Shown here piece after piece: positions 18,508 to 29,430 of a DNA stretch of 64,000 nt. The notes below the pieces were generated by a model. That model was not told the origin of the DNA, made no database searches, and saw only the letters and a program-made list of their open reading frames with translations. Position 1 is the first letter of the stretch. Each line of letters starts with the position of its first letter. The DNA lies in the NCBI GenBank assembly GCA_045638525.1, contig JAZUBQ010000019.1:8418-72417 (forward strand), read 5' to 3'. The translations under genes and the position numbers were made by a program. The stretch is from Clostridia bacterium. Its GTDB lineage: Bacteria > Bacillota > Clostridia > UMGS1840.

Positions 18508-19839
18508 TTACACTTCCCCTCTTAAAACTTGATGTTCCAAAATAAATTCTTTCATTTTATCCAATGCAATGTTGGCGATTTTTTCATATCGCTCCTGCTT
18601 GGATTTGATTCGTTCGGTAAGCTTCGGTAAAATTCCGAAATTCATATTCATCGGCTGAAAATTTTCAATCGATTCATCGGTTATGTAGGTCATCAAAGAC
18701 CCCAGTGCCGTTTCTCTCGGGAATACCACCGGCTCTTGTTGATTTAAATATAACCAGGCATTTACCCCTGCTAAAAAACCGGATGCCATAGATTCCACAT
18801 ATCCTTCCACGCCGGTCATCTGTCCTGCAAAGAACAGATTGGGATGCTGTTTTAGCTGATTGGTGGGACAAAGATTTTTCGGTGCGTTCATATAGGTGTT
18901 TCTGTGCATCACGCCATAACGCAAAAATTCTGCATTTTGAAGCCCTGGAATCATCGAAAAGACCCGTTTTTGTTCCGGGAAGGTCAGATTTGTCTGAAAT
19001 CCTACCAGATTATACATGGTGTCTTCGGTGTTTTCCTGACGAAGCTGTACCACAGCGTGATACTCTTTGCCGGTTTTGGGATCGGGCAATCCAACCGGTT
19101 TCATAGGACCAAACAATAAGGTTTTTTCACCGCGTTTTGCCATAACTTCCACCGGCATACAACCTTCAAACACCTTGATTTTCTTTTCTTCTTCCAAATG
19201 AAGTGGTGCCAGTTTGGCTTCCACCAACGCCTGATAAAACGCATCATATTGCTCTTTTGTGAATGGGCAGTTGATATAGTCAGCCGTACCTTTACCGTAT
19301 CGTGCCATTTTATAGCAAACCGACATATCAATGCTGTCTTTTGATACCACCGGTGCCGCAGCATCAAAAAAATACAAACTTTCTTCTCCTAAAAGAGAAG
19401 CAATTTCTTTTGCCAACCCTTCACTCGTCAAGGGACCGGTTGCCAGAATACAAACGCCATCCGGAATTTCGGTGATTTCTTCGGAAATTACCGTAATATT
19501 CGGATGATTTTTTATTTTTTCTGTGATATATGCAGAAAATTTATCCCGATCCACCGCCAGCGCATCCCCGGCAGGAACCTTGGAAAGTTCTGCACTTTCC
19601 ATACACAACGAACCCAAAAGGCGAAGTTCCTCTTTTAACAATCCGCAAGCATTGGAAATGCGATTGCCTTTTAAAGAATTGGAACACACCAGTTCAGCCA
19701 GCATCTCGGAATGATGTGCCGGAGAATATTTTTTGGGTTTCATTTCGTATAGGGTGACTTTCGCCCCCAAACGGGCAGCGGCATACGCAGCTTCTACGCC
19801 TGCCAAACCTCCACCCACAATCGTGATTTTCTCGTTCAT
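18508..19839 (-). CDS. trmFO: Folate/FAD-dependent tRNA (uracil-54-C5) methyltransferase
   Basis: GGGLAGVEAA, ELVCSNS, FEGCMPVE, GFQTNL, RYGVMHRN, GVEGYVES. Confidence 0.96.
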   Translation of the reverse strand: MNEKITIVGGGLAGVEAAYAAARLGAKVTLYEMKPKKYSPAHHSEMLAELVCSNSLKGNRISNACGLLKEELRLLGSLCMESAELSKVPAGDALAVDRDKFSAYITEKIKNHPNITVISEEITEIPDGVCILATGPLTSEGLAKEIASLLGEESLYFFDAAAPVVSKDSIDMSVCYKMARYGKGTADYINCPFTKEQYDAFYQALVEAKLAPLHLEEEKKIKVFEGCMPVEVMAKRGEKTLLFGPMKPVGLPDPKTGKEYHAVVQLRQENTEDTMYNLVGFQTNLTFPEQKRVFSMIPGLQNAEFLRYGVMHRNTYMNAPKNLCPTNQLKQHPNLFFAGQMTGVEGYVESMASGFLAGVNAWLYLNQQEPVVFPRETALGSLMTYITDESIENFQPMNMNFGILPKLTERIKSKQERYEKIANIALDKMKEFILEHQVLRGEV

Positions 19840-19842
19840 AGT

Positions 19843-21999
19843 TTATTCCTTTGCACGGGATTTTTTGGTAGTTGTTTTTTTAGTTGCCGTCTTTTTCACG
19901 GTCTTTTTCTCTGTTTTTGCTTTCGGCTTAGGTGCACAAAGTTCACAAGCCTCATTGGAACAATATTCCTTACCGCCACGCTGATATTTTTTTAATATCA
20001 TATAGCTTCCGCACTTTTCACACAATTTTCCGGTGGGTTTATCCCAGGATGCAAAATCACAAGTGGGATACGTTTCACAACCATAGAAAATTTTCCCGGT
20101 ACGGGATTTTCTTTCCAAAATTTTATTACCGCATTTGGGACAAGGAATGTTTTCAATTTCCTTCACCAAAGGTTTGGTTGTTTTACAATCCGGATAGTTG
20201 GGACAAGCTAAAAATTTACCGAATTTTCCGCTTTTTATCACCATATTGGCACCGCATTTGTCACAAAGCACATCCGAAACCTCAGGTGTTTTTTCCACAG
20301 TCTCGTCAGCGGTTTCCAACTCTTTTTTAAAGTCTTGATAGAAAGAATCCAGAACTTCTTTCCAATGTTTTCCGGATTCAATTCCGTCCAAATCTTCCTC
20401 CATTTTTGCTGTGAAATGCTCATCCACAATATTGGAAAAGCTTTTTTTCATTACATCGGTAACCAGACAGCCCAACTGAGTGGGTTTTAAAGTTTTTCCT
20501 TCTTTTTCAATATATTCACGGCTTAAAACAGTGAAAATAGTGGGTGCATAGGTAGAAGGACGACCAATTCCTTTTTCTTCCAATGCTTTAATCAAACTTG
20601 CTTCGGTATATCTTGCGGGAGGCGTTGTAAAATTCTGCTTTTCGCTCAATTTTGCGATGCTTAAAGCTTCTCCTTCACTCAAAGAAGGAATCTTCACTTT
20701 ATCATCTTCTTCCTCATCGGGAGAAAGATAAAATTTCATACAACCGTCAAAGGTCATATTCTGCATAGAAGAACGGAACTGATAGGTTGTCTGTTCTCCT
20801 TCTGCTTCAATTTCCACGGTCAACACGTCAAACAATGCCGGTTTCAGCTGAGAAGATACAAAACGGTTCCAAATCAACTTATACAGCTTATACTGGTCGT
20901 TGGTTAAGGAGGATTTTATCATATCCGGTTCCAGCTCAATATAGGTAGGACGGATGGCTTCGTGTGCATCCTGTGCGTTGGCACCTTTTTTCTTATACAC
21001 ATTGGGTTTATCCGGATAATACTCTTTTCCGATATTAGAAATGGTATATTCTTTTGCTGCCTGAACCGCTTCTGCCGCAATACGCAAACTGTCCGTTCTC
21101 ATATAGGTAATTAACCCCAGAAGACCTTTTCCGGCAACATCTACCCCTTCGTACAATGCCTGTGCCACAGACATAGTTTTCCGGGAAGTAAAATTCAACT
21201 TACGGGACGCATCCTGTTGCAAGGTACTGGTGCTGTACGGCGGAAATGCATAACGTTTTTTCACCGATTTTTTCACGCTTTTTACCGTAACGGATGCTTC
21301 TTTTAACTGTTCTAATACCAAACGGGTTGTTTCTTCATCGTGAAGTTCCAGTTTTTTGCCGTTTTTGCCATACAAACGAGAAGAAAACTTTTTCTTATCT
21401 GCGGTAGCAAAGGTGGCATCCACCGTCCAGTATTCTTCGGGCTTGAACTGATTGATTTCGTCTTCTCTGTCACAAATCATACGAACGGTTACGGACTGTA
21501 CCCTACCGGCAGACAACCCTTTTCTGATTTTTTTCCAGAGGAAGGGACTTAATTTATATCCCACAATACGGTCCAGCACACGACGCGCCTGCTGTGCATC
21601 CACCAAATCCAAATCAATTTTACGGGGAGCTTTCATTGCCTCGGTAACTGCCGTCTTTGTAATTTCGTTAAATGTAACACGACAAGGCTCATTTTCATCT
21701 ATTTTCAAAATATTTGCAATATGCCAACTGATCGCTTCTCCTTCGCGGTCAGGGTCCGTCGCCAGATAGACACGGTCTGCACTTTTGGAAAGCTGGCTGA
21801 GTTTTTTCACCAACTCCTTACGCTCCGGCATAATCTGATATTTGGGTTCAAAATTGTTTTCAATGTCAACCCCCATGGTTTTCTTGGGCAAATCACGCAA
21901 ATGCCCCATGGAAGCAATGACTTCAAAATCACTTCCCAAATATTTTTCAATGGTTTTCGCCTTAGCAGGCGACTCCACAATGATTAAATTCTGTGCCAT
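19843..21999 (-). CDS. topA: DNA topoisomerase I
   Basis: IVESPAKAKTI, ATDPDREGE, SAGRVQS, ITYMRTDS, AHEAIRPT; C-terminal C4 zinc ribbons. Confidence 0.97.
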   Translation of the reverse strand: MAQNLIIVESPAKAKTIEKYLGSDFEVIASMGHLRDLPKKTMGVDIENNFEPKYQIMPERKELVKKLSQLSKSADRVYLATDPDREGEAISWHIANILKIDENEPCRVTFNEITKTAVTEAMKAPRKIDLDLVDAQQARRVLDRIVGYKLSPFLWKKIRKGLSAGRVQSVTVRMICDREDEINQFKPEEYWTVDATFATADKKKFSSRLYGKNGKKLELHDEETTRLVLEQLKEASVTVKSVKKSVKKRYAFPPYSTSTLQQDASRKLNFTSRKTMSVAQALYEGVDVAGKGLLGLITYMRTDSLRIAAEAVQAAKEYTISNIGKEYYPDKPNVYKKKGANAQDAHEAIRPTYIELEPDMIKSSLTNDQYKLYKLIWNRFVSSQLKPALFDVLTVEIEAEGEQTTYQFRSSMQNMTFDGCMKFYLSPDEEEDDKVKIPSLSEGEALSIAKLSEKQNFTTPPARYTEASLIKALEEKGIGRPSTYAPTIFTVLSREYIEKEGKTLKPTQLGCLVTDVMKKSFSNIVDEHFTAKMEEDLDGIESGKHWKEVLDSFYQDFKKELETADETVEKTPEVSDVLCDKCGANMVIKSGKFGKFLACPNYPDCKTTKPLVKEIENIPCPKCGNKILERKSRTGKIFYGCETYPTCDFASWDKPTGKLCEKCGSYMILKKYQRGGKEYCSNEACELCAPKPKAKTEKKTVKKTATKKTTTKKSRAKE

Positions 22000-22026
22000 A
22001 TATTTTCTCCTTCTTATGTTTGGGTG

Positions 22027-23160
22027 TTACAGTTTCAGGGCATAGGAATTTCCCGGAACCATATATACAATATCCTTGATCATTAACAAGGTAAGAATGC
22101 CATTCACTTTTCCGGCCGGAAGCCCGGTTTTTCTGACAATATCATCAATATAACGAGGCTTTTCGGAAAGATGCTCCAAAATCGCCTTTTCTTCCGGGGA
22201 TAATTCCCGTAATGAACGAAGATATTGCTCGTGAGGCACCGTATGCTTTTTCGCTTCCTGATACAAATATTCCGGAAAACGGTCTACGTATCGTTCCACA
22301 ATATCCGAAGGACAGGTTGCCATCAATGCAAATTCTTTGAGTAACTGATTGGTACCACGACTGTTTTCTGCATAAATATTGTTGGGGATGGCAAAAACGT
22401 CTTTCCCTTGATTGTTGGCATGATCGGCAGTAATTAACGAACCACTGTCCAAATCGCCTTCTACCACCAGAGTTCCCATGGTAATTGCACTGATAATTCG
22501 ATTTCTTTGAGGAAAGCTGTAATGGGTGGCTTTGGTTCCCGGCGGATATTCACTTAGCACACAACCAAATTCCAAAATATATTCATATAACTCCTGATTA
22601 CTTTTGGGATAAACCACATCCACACCGGTCCCTAACACCGCTACGGTTGGTTTTCCTGCTTTTAGAGCTCCCAAATGTGCCTGTGCGTCACATCCGTCAG
22701 CCATTCCACTGACCACCAGCAAACCGCTTTGGGATAAGGCTTTCCCAAAATCAAAAGCAGTTCTTCTTCCATATTCGGTCAAATCTCTGGTACCGACAAT
22801 GGCAAAGGCAGGAATTTTATCAAACTCAAAGTGTTTTCCTTTTTCATAAAGCACCAAAGGCGGTGCATAAATTACCGATAAACAATCGGGATATCCTTCT
22901 TCTCCATAACAATAGACAGAAATTCTTTTTTGCTTGCAATCTTCAATTACACCATTGGCGTAATCCAGATTTTTATTCTTTAAGGCTAATTTTTGTTTTT
23001 CGGGCAGAAAGGAGATTTTATCAATTTCGTCCGCAGTTAAATCATACACCGCTCTCGCAGAACCATATGTTGTGGGTAACTGTTTGATGCGCTGATTTCC
23101 AAATCCAACCAGCTGATTTAACCAAATGGCATAGTTAGCATTGTTCGCTATGGTTATCAT
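22027..23160 (-). CDS. dprA: DNA processing protein DprA/Smf
   Basis: AIVGTR, VVSGMADG.D, YPK, FPQRNRIIS, SGSLITA; upstream of topA; start MITIA after AAAGGAG. Confidence 0.94.
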   Translation of the reverse strand: MITIANNANYAIWLNQLVGFGNQRIKQLPTTYGSARAVYDLTADEIDKISFLPEKQKLALKNKNLDYANGVIEDCKQKRISVYCYGEEGYPDCLSVIYAPPLVLYEKGKHFEFDKIPAFAIVGTRDLTEYGRRTAFDFGKALSQSGLLVVSGMADGCDAQAHLGALKAGKPTVAVLGTGVDVVYPKSNQELYEYILEFGCVLSEYPPGTKATHYSFPQRNRIISAITMGTLVVEGDLDSGSLITADHANNQGKDVFAIPNNIYAENSRGTNQLLKEFALMATCPSDIVERYVDRFPEYLYQEAKKHTVPHEQYLRSLRELSPEEKAILEHLSEKPRYIDDIVRKTGLPAGKVNGILTLLMIKDIVYMVPGNSYALKL

Positions 23161-24082
23161 CTTCGGGTAAAACTCCTTTCTTTGTGATATCAGAAGCATT
23201 TTCTGCTTCTTGCAGATTTTCGGTTTCTTCTTCACTGTTTGCTGCAGCTTCTTTTGGTATTTCTCTTCGACGGAACAGCACAAACAGTACAATTCCAATC
23301 ACAAAAGTAACCACCGCCACACATTGTGAAATGCGAAAACTAAAGAATGTCAAGCTGTCGGTTCGTAAGCCTTCGATAAAAAACCGCCCCAAACCGTACC
23401 AACTAATATAGAGCCAAAATATTTCTCCGTGATGTTTTTTCTTTTTATGAAAGAGCCCTAATAAAACGACTCCTACAAGATTCCACACAGATTCATACAA
23501 AAAGGTGGGATGAACTCCCAATTCAGGAGTCACTGCCATTCCCTGAAGCTGCAGTTGTTTCAGTTTTTGTCTGATTACGTTGCCACTCATAGCGAACAAA
23601 GAATTTGTATTGGTGCCAAAGGCCTCCTGATTCACAAAATTGCCCCATCTGCCAATGGCTTGACCAACAATCAGACCAAATGCACCCATATCAAACAACT
23701 GAAGTACACTTCTTTTTTTCACCCGAGCGTATATGTAGGTGGAAATCACCGCTCCGATGACAGCACCGTAAATAGCAATTCCACCTTCCCAGATTTTAAA
23801 TACGTCCCATAAATTATCCCGATAAGCTGAAAAATTAAATACTACATAATACGCACGTGCCGCAACAATGGCGCTGGGAAGCCCCCATAACAGCACATCA
23901 TACAAAATTTCGGTATCCAGCTTTTCTTTTTTTGCAAACCAACAAGCATAGGAGAAACCCAAAATGACTCCCAACAAAATAATAACGGCATACCAATGAA
24001 TGGTAATTCCCGTATTCCACAAAGAAATGATAGGATTGATATGAAACTCAAGACCAAGTTTGCTAAAAGTAATGGTGTCCAT
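23135..24082 (-). CDS. lgt: Prolipoprotein diacylglyceryl transferase
   Basis: HWYA, ARAYYV, IWEGGIAIYG, GQAIGRWGNFVNQEAFG, HPTFLYES, RFFIEGLRTD. Confidence 0.96.
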   Translation of the reverse strand: MDTITFSKLGLEFHINPIISLWNTGITIHWYAVIILLGVILGFSYACWFAKKEKLDTEILYDVLLWGLPSAIVAARAYYVVFNFSAYRDNLWDVFKIWEGGIAIYGAVIGAVISTYIYARVKKRSVLQLFDMGAFGLIVGQAIGRWGNFVNQEAFGTNTNSLFAMSGNVIRQKLKQLQLQGMAVTPELGVHPTFLYESVWNLVGVVLLGLFHKKKKHHGEIFWLYISWYGLGRFFIEGLRTDSLTFFSFRISQCVAVVTFVIGIVLFVLFRRREIPKEAAANSEEETENLQEAENASDITKKGVLPEDDNHSEQC

Positions 24083-24116
24083 AGACGGTATTCTCCTTTA
24101 TGCTACGGCTTCCGAG

Positions 24117-25400
24117 TTATTTTGCAATAGGCTGCATCTCGGAAACTGCATAATGCTCGTTAAAAATTTCCTGCATTCGTTTCATCAGGCTTTCTTCGGT
24201 AATGGTCGGATAAATTTCCACAAAATCGAAAGCTCCGATTTGATAAAAATAATTAGACGAAAACTGATTGGCAACCGCTTCCATCGAATCATAGGAACGG
24301 ATTTGCCGTCCGATTGCCGCTTTTTTATAACGTTCTACATCTTTTTTACTAAACCCTTCACGTTTTGCCTGTTCAATCCCCGAAAGCACAGCCTCCACGG
24401 TTCTGTCAACATCCTTTGCTTCCCCATTTAAGAAGGTTGCAAAATAGGTGTCGGAATTCAGGCAGTCAAACCCGAAGGTATCGTTGATCAAACCTTGTTG
24501 ATAAAGTTTGTTGTACAAAGGTGCAGACTGTGAAAACAGCATTTTTAAAATGAGACCGGTTTCCATATTTTTTCTGAGCAACTCTTTCCCAACCAATCCC
24601 ACATGATTTTCTTTAAAACCTAAAATAAAGCTGGGTTGAGATACGCTCATCTCTTTCACAATCCGTTTTTGCTTTACACAATCCGGCTCGGGATACTGTT
24701 TTCTAATGACAGAAAACGGTGTCTCTCTTTTTTTCACATTTTTGTCCACCAGTTTGGCAACATCCGAAATATCCACATCACCTGCCACAAACAGTACCAT
24801 ATTTTCCGGATGATAAAAGGTGTTATAAATCTGATACAACAACTCATGATTAATCTGGGCAATGGAATCCACCGTTCCCGCAATATCATTTCTTACGGGA
24901 TTGGTATGGTAGAGTGCTTCCAATGCATTGTTAAACAAACGCCATTCGGGGTCATCATCATACATTTTGATTTCCTGCGCAATAATTCCCTGTTCTTTGG
25001 CAACATTTTCTACCGTAAAATAAGGATCATTCACATAAGAAAGCAACACATCCAGATTTTCGTTAAAATGGTCACTGCAGGAAAACAGATAGCCGGTCAT
25101 ATCGTGAGAGGTGAAGGCGTTGGCATTTCCACCTGTTTTGGAAAACAAATCAAAGGCATTTCCGCCACCGGGCAACTCAAACAGCTTATGCTCTAAAAAA
25201 TGTGCTATCCCCATAGGGTCGTTGATTTCTTTCTCTCCCACATAATAGGAAGTATCAATAGAACCGTATTTTACAGAATAAATGGCATATTTTTTGGAGA
25301 ATCCTTTTTTCGGTAAAACAAAGACGTCCAGCCCACTTTCGTGGGTTCCGAAATATAGGGTTTCCCCCAATCGTTCTTCCACTATTTTTTGAAAATTCAA
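24117..25400 (-). CDS. ymfH: M16 family peptidase, YmfH-like (active HxxEH)
   Basis: GIAHFLEHKLFE, NAFTS, KEQGIIAQEIKMYDDDP, TFYHPENM. Confidence 0.88.
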   Translation of the reverse strand: MNFQKIVEERLGETLYFGTHESGLDVFVLPKKGFSKKYAIYSVKYGSIDTSYYVGEKEINDPMGIAHFLEHKLFELPGGGNAFDLFSKTGGNANAFTSHDMTGYLFSCSDHFNENLDVLLSYVNDPYFTVENVAKEQGIIAQEIKMYDDDPEWRLFNNALEALYHTNPVRNDIAGTVDSIAQINHELLYQIYNTFYHPENMVLFVAGDVDISDVAKLVDKNVKKRETPFSVIRKQYPEPDCVKQKRIVKEMSVSQPSFILGFKENHVGLVGKELLRKNMETGLILKMLFSQSAPLYNKLYQQGLINDTFGFDCLNSDTYFATFLNGEAKDVDRTVEAVLSGIEQAKREGFSKKDVERYKKAAIGRQIRSYDSMEAVANQFSSNYFYQIGAFDFVEIYPTITEESLMKRMQEIFNEHYAVSEMQPIAK

Positions 25401-25416
25401 TCAAATTCCTCCTCTC

Positions 25417-26682
25417 TTACGACAAATAATATTCTGTCTGCAAGGTAATCCGATTGGCTACTCTTATCAGATCTTCTTTGGTTAATGCTTCAATTTTTTT
25501 GATATATTCTTCAGGAGACAAAGGTTTTCCCGCTAAAATTCCGGTTAAATAAAAATCTGCCAGATTATGCTGATTGTCACCGGTTTGTTTTAAAATTCCA
25601 ACAATGAACTTTTTGGAAAATGCAATTTCATCCTCCGAAATTTCGCCATCCTGACACAGTTTTAACTGTCTTAAAATTTCATCATATGCTTTTTTAAAAT
25701 TCTCTTTATCGGTGCCGATTCCCACAAACATAGTCCCCTTTAAGCGGTTCAGACGGGAATACACATAATAACAAAGAGACATTTTTTCTCTCACATTCAT
25801 AAACAACTTGGAATGTGGACCGGAACCGAATACACTGTTTAACAGATTCAAAGCGTAGTAATCTTCACTTTCGGGAGAAATACCGGTTTGAAAGCCAAGG
25901 GCAAATTTTCCCTGAACAATATTTTCGTGTTCTTCCACTTTGTGCGGTGTGGGAAGATTTTTGGAATAAATCGAGTTTTTGGGCATAGGATTTCTTTTGC
26001 TTTCAAACAAAGCAGAGAAGGTATCCATAAATTTTTCTTCTTCCATATCGCCCGAAATAAACACCAGAAGAGGAGCAGTTGCAATGATCTGGCGATAGCT
26101 TTCATAAAGATCTTTTGCAGAAATATTCTCCAGATCAGAAACTTTTCCGTATTCATACAAAGCGTAGTTTTCACCACAAAACATTTCTTCGGTCAAACGA
26201 AGTGTGGTATACTCCCGTTTGTCGTTGATGATACCGTTGATATAATCGGTGAGATTTTCTTTTTCACGGTTCACAAATTCTTCTTTAAAGCCACCATCCT
26301 TCACCAAAGGATTGGTTAACATTTCTTTCATAAACAGGAGACAATTCTCCATCTGTTCGCTATCGGAATATTCCTGACGCAAAAACTCAAACACAAAGCT
26401 TAACATATGCAAATCGCCACGTTTGGCAACTCTCACATCAAACACGCCGCCATAGAGTTCCTGAAGTTTTTGGTTAACCGACAGCATATCGGGATATTGT
26501 TCACTTCCCAATTTCAAAAGAAACGGGAACAATGCGTTTTTGGTCACAGAATCTTCACTTAATTCGGTAAAAAAGTGAAAGCTGACCGAAAAGGTTTTAA
26601 ATTTATCTGCAGGTAGCATATAAACATCTGCATTTTTTTGAATTCGTTTTAATCCGCTGGGTGCAGGAGTTTGTGCAATCAT
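25417..26682 (-). CDS. ymfF: M16 family inactive subunit, YmfF-like
   Basis: KFKT, FGSGPHSKLFMNVREKMSLCYY; paired with ymfH. Confidence 0.86.
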   Translation of the reverse strand: MIAQTPAPSGLKRIQKNADVYMLPADKFKTFSVSFHFFTELSEDSVTKNALFPFLLKLGSEQYPDMLSVNQKLQELYGGVFDVRVAKRGDLHMLSFVFEFLRQEYSDSEQMENCLLFMKEMLTNPLVKDGGFKEEFVNREKENLTDYINGIINDKREYTTLRLTEEMFCGENYALYEYGKVSDLENISAKDLYESYRQIIATAPLLVFISGDMEEEKFMDTFSALFESKRNPMPKNSIYSKNLPTPHKVEEHENIVQGKFALGFQTGISPESEDYYALNLLNSVFGSGPHSKLFMNVREKMSLCYYVYSRLNRLKGTMFVGIGTDKENFKKAYDEILRQLKLCQDGEISEDEIAFSKKFIVGILKQTGDNQHNLADFYLTGILAGKPLSPEEYIKKIEALTKEDLIRVANRITLQTEYYLS

Positions 26683-27767
26683 CTGTATTCCTCCTCAATA
26701 CTGATATAGGGAATTGCGTTTAAGGATGTATCCCCAAACAACTGTTTTTCGTATTTATAATAAGCAAAGCTTCCAATCATTGCCGCATTATCTCCACAAA
26801 GAGAAATGTGCGGACACACGGTTTTCAGTCCCATTTTTTCTCCACGCTTAAAAAATTCTTTGCGTAAAAACGAGTTGGCACTGACACCACCTGCCATACA
26901 AACGGTGGAAATATTTTTTTCTTTTGCCAATTTGAAAAATGGATCCAAAAGCATCTTGGTCACAGTTTTGGAAAAAGAGGCTGCCACATCGTTTTTGGTG
27001 ATTCCGCCGGCTTCCACTTTCAGTCCAAGTCCGCTAAAACCTTCTTCGGTTAAAAATTCGTCATCGCCATACTCCAAAATCGGTTTTGTAATGATTTTCT
27101 TAATATAACAATTTACTGCAGTTTTTATTCCACTAAAGGAAAAATCATCGGTATCGCCTAATTTTGGTTTTGTGAAAGTGATTTTATCGGGATTCCCCTG
27201 CTGTGCCATTTTATCCACTCTCACACCGCCGGGATAAGCAAGTCCCAACACTCTTGCCACTTTATCAAATGCTTCACCGATGGCATCGTCACGGGTTTTT
27301 GCCAGAATTTCAAACGAAAGATAGTCTTTCACGTGAACAATCTGAGTATGTCCGCCTGAAACCACCAAGCATAAAAAAGGCGGTTTCAAGGTTTTGTCTT
27401 CAATATAGTTGGCTGCAATGTGTCCTTTGATGTGGTGAACCGAAATCAAGGGAAGTCCTCTTGCATAGCTTAACGCTTTTGCATAGGATACTCCGGTCAG
27501 TAAAGCACCCACAAGACCGGGACAAGAGGTCACGGCAATCGCATCAATCGAAGAAAAGTCATTCCCCGATTGCAGCAATGCTTCATCCACCACTTTATCA
27601 ATGGCTTCAATGTGCTTACGGGATGCAATTTCCGGTACAACTCCACCAAATTTTGCGTGTAAATCCGCTTGGGAATATATGATATTGGAATGAACATATC
27701 TGCCATCTTCGACAACCGCTGCCGCAGTTTCGTCGCAAGAGGTTTCAATTGCAAGAATTTTTGCCAT
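26679..27767 (-). CDS. tsaD: tRNA N6-adenosine threonylcarbamoyltransferase
   Basis: LAIETSCDET, GGVVPEIASR, HHIKGH, VSGGHT, DDAIGEAFDK, GGVSAN, DNAAMI. Confidence 0.96.
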   Translation of the reverse strand: MAKILAIETSCDETAAAVVEDGRYVHSNIIYSQADLHAKFGGVVPEIASRKHIEAIDKVVDEALLQSGNDFSSIDAIAVTSCPGLVGALLTGVSYAKALSYARGLPLISVHHIKGHIAANYIEDKTLKPPFLCLVVSGGHTQIVHVKDYLSFEILAKTRDDAIGEAFDKVARVLGLAYPGGVRVDKMAQQGNPDKITFTKPKLGDTDDFSFSGIKTAVNCYIKKIITKPILEYGDDEFLTEEGFSGLGLKVEAGGITKNDVAASFSKTVTKMLLDPFFKLAKEKNISTVCMAGGVSANSFLRKEFFKRGEKMGLKTVCPHISLCGDNAAMIGSFAYYKYEKQLFGDTSLNAIPYISIEEEYR

Positions 27768-27782
27768 AAAAAGTTCCTCGCT

Positions 27783-28217
27783 TTAAAAAGTTAAGGTCAT
27801 TAAAATTGCGTCCTCACGTCGTTCGTAGTATTTTTTTCGTCTTCCTACTTCCAAAAATCCGACTGATTCATACAAAGAAATAGCGCCCAGATTGGAAGCA
27901 CGAACCTCCAGGGTAAGAAAGGTTAATCCGTTTTCTCGTCCATAGGCAATCAGCTGTTCTAACAATACTGTGGCATAGCCTTTTCGACGATAGTCCGGAA
28001 GAACAGCAATGTTATTGATATTGCCTTCCGAAAAACTTTGCCACATTCCTACATAGCCAATCACTTTGCCGTCATCTTCCAAACAGAAGTAAACAGCATT
28101 TTCATTGGTAACATCTTTTTGGAAAGACTCCAAACTCCAGGGAATGGAAAAACAGGCTTTCTCCACCTGATAAACGCCTTCGGCATTCTGCGAAGTCAAA
28201 GTGGTGACTGCAATCAC
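27783..28217 (-). CDS. rimI: Ribosomal-protein alanine N-acetyltransferase
   Basis: FSIPWS, NIAVLPDYRRKGYA, TLEVRASN, GRRKKYY, EDAILM. Confidence 0.93.
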   Translation of the reverse strand: MIAVTTLTSQNAEGVYQVEKACFSIPWSLESFQKDVTNENAVYFCLEDDGKVIGYVGMWQSFSEGNINNIAVLPDYRRKGYATVLLEQLIAYGRENGLTFLTLEVRASNLGAISLYESVGFLEVGRRKKYYERREDAILMTLTF

Positions 28218-29221
28218 AGCACAAGCACCTTCCCTCCGCTGGATTTTTTTAACCGGTTCATAATGGAAAGACCGATGCCTTCTTCTTTGACTGCCGGAAG
28301 ATATACCCTCCGATATCCTTCCACATCCACCTGCTTGAGCCGTTTAAAAATAAGGTGTGCCATCTGATTCAAGTCACTCCGGCTTCCTAAGTGCATTTTA
28401 TTCCCGGAAAAGCAGTCATATTCCTCTAAAAACAGACACAAACACTCATCTGCCTGTAACGATGTTTTAAAATGAGAAAGAATGGTTTCTGTTGTGCCAT
28501 ACACCAAAACCACTTCCGCTCTGGGAGAATAATGTGTGTATTTCATTCCCGGAGAAGCAGGTCGTTCTTCCGTTTTGTTACCCAAAAGCGACGGATGAAG
28601 CTGTGTGGTAGGAATCACCGTTTGCAGCATTTCTAACGTGATGCTTCCGGGACGCAAAATTACAGGAACTTCACCGGTAACATCCACCACCGTAGATTCA
28701 ATGCCAAATTCACAATCTTCCCCCTGAATCATACCGCCCACTCTGCCGTTTAAATCACGCCATACATCAGAAAATGTGGTAGCCGAAACGGTTCCGGAAA
28801 GATTGGCAGAAGGTGCCGCAATGGGCGTGTTACAAAGAGAAATGAATTCTCTTGCAATGCTGTTTTTCGGAAAACGAACTCCAACGGTGGGAAGTCCTGC
28901 CGAAACTTCTGACGGAATCTTTGGTGTTTTTTTCAAAACCAGGGTGATAGGGCCGGGCATAAAAGCTTTTGCAATCGCCTGTGCAGTCGGATTAAAATCA
29001 GTTGTAACAGAAGCTATCATATCAAAAGAAGAAATATGCACAATCAACGGATTATCTGCAGGACGGTTTTTTGCTTCAAAAATTTTTAAAACTGCCTGTG
29101 GATTAAAGGCATCCGCCCCCAAACCGTAAACTGTCTCCGTGGGAAACACCACAGTTTCACCCATAGCAATCAACTCTTTTGCCACTTGTAAGCGGGTTGA
29201 TTCGATGTGCTTGGTTTGCAT
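28214..29221 (-). CDS. sua5: L-threonylcarbamoyladenylate synthase (Sua5/TsaC2 with C-terminal domain)
   Basis: FPTETVYGLGA, KNRPADNPLIVH, PGPITL, AAPSANLSG, GIESTVVD, SPGMKYTHYSP. Confidence 0.94.
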   Translation of the reverse strand: MQTKHIESTRLQVAKELIAMGETVVFPTETVYGLGADAFNPQAVLKIFEAKNRPADNPLIVHISSFDMIASVTTDFNPTAQAIAKAFMPGPITLVLKKTPKIPSEVSAGLPTVGVRFPKNSIAREFISLCNTPIAAPSANLSGTVSATTFSDVWRDLNGRVGGMIQGEDCEFGIESTVVDVTGEVPVILRPGSITLEMLQTVIPTTQLHPSLLGNKTEERPASPGMKYTHYSPRAEVVLVYGTTETILSHFKTSLQADECLCLFLEEYDCFSGNKMHLGSRSDLNQMAHLIFKRLKQVDVEGYRRVYLPAVKEEGIGLSIMNRLKKSSGGKVLVL

Positions 29222-29430
29222 TATTTCTTCCTCCTTTTTTTGCAATCTTCTTTTCAAAATTTTTTTTGCTATATATAATAGTATATACTCTCAATATACT
29301 ATTGTAACACATTTTTTTAAAATGTCTATAGAAAACGAACATATTTTTTTAATTTTTTCATATTTTTAACTGAACAGGACAAGAAAACAATCTTCGTTTT
29401 TATTATCTCAACCAAAAAGGAGCTGTCAAA

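Noticed and set aside
22027-23298. Long N-terminal extensions in the ORF track (dprA, SBP, glsA, rpsT, AGCS, spoIIIAA, yneA)
   Set aside because: Downstream ATGs with good RBSs match expected family starts; the extensions come from longest-ORF calling.
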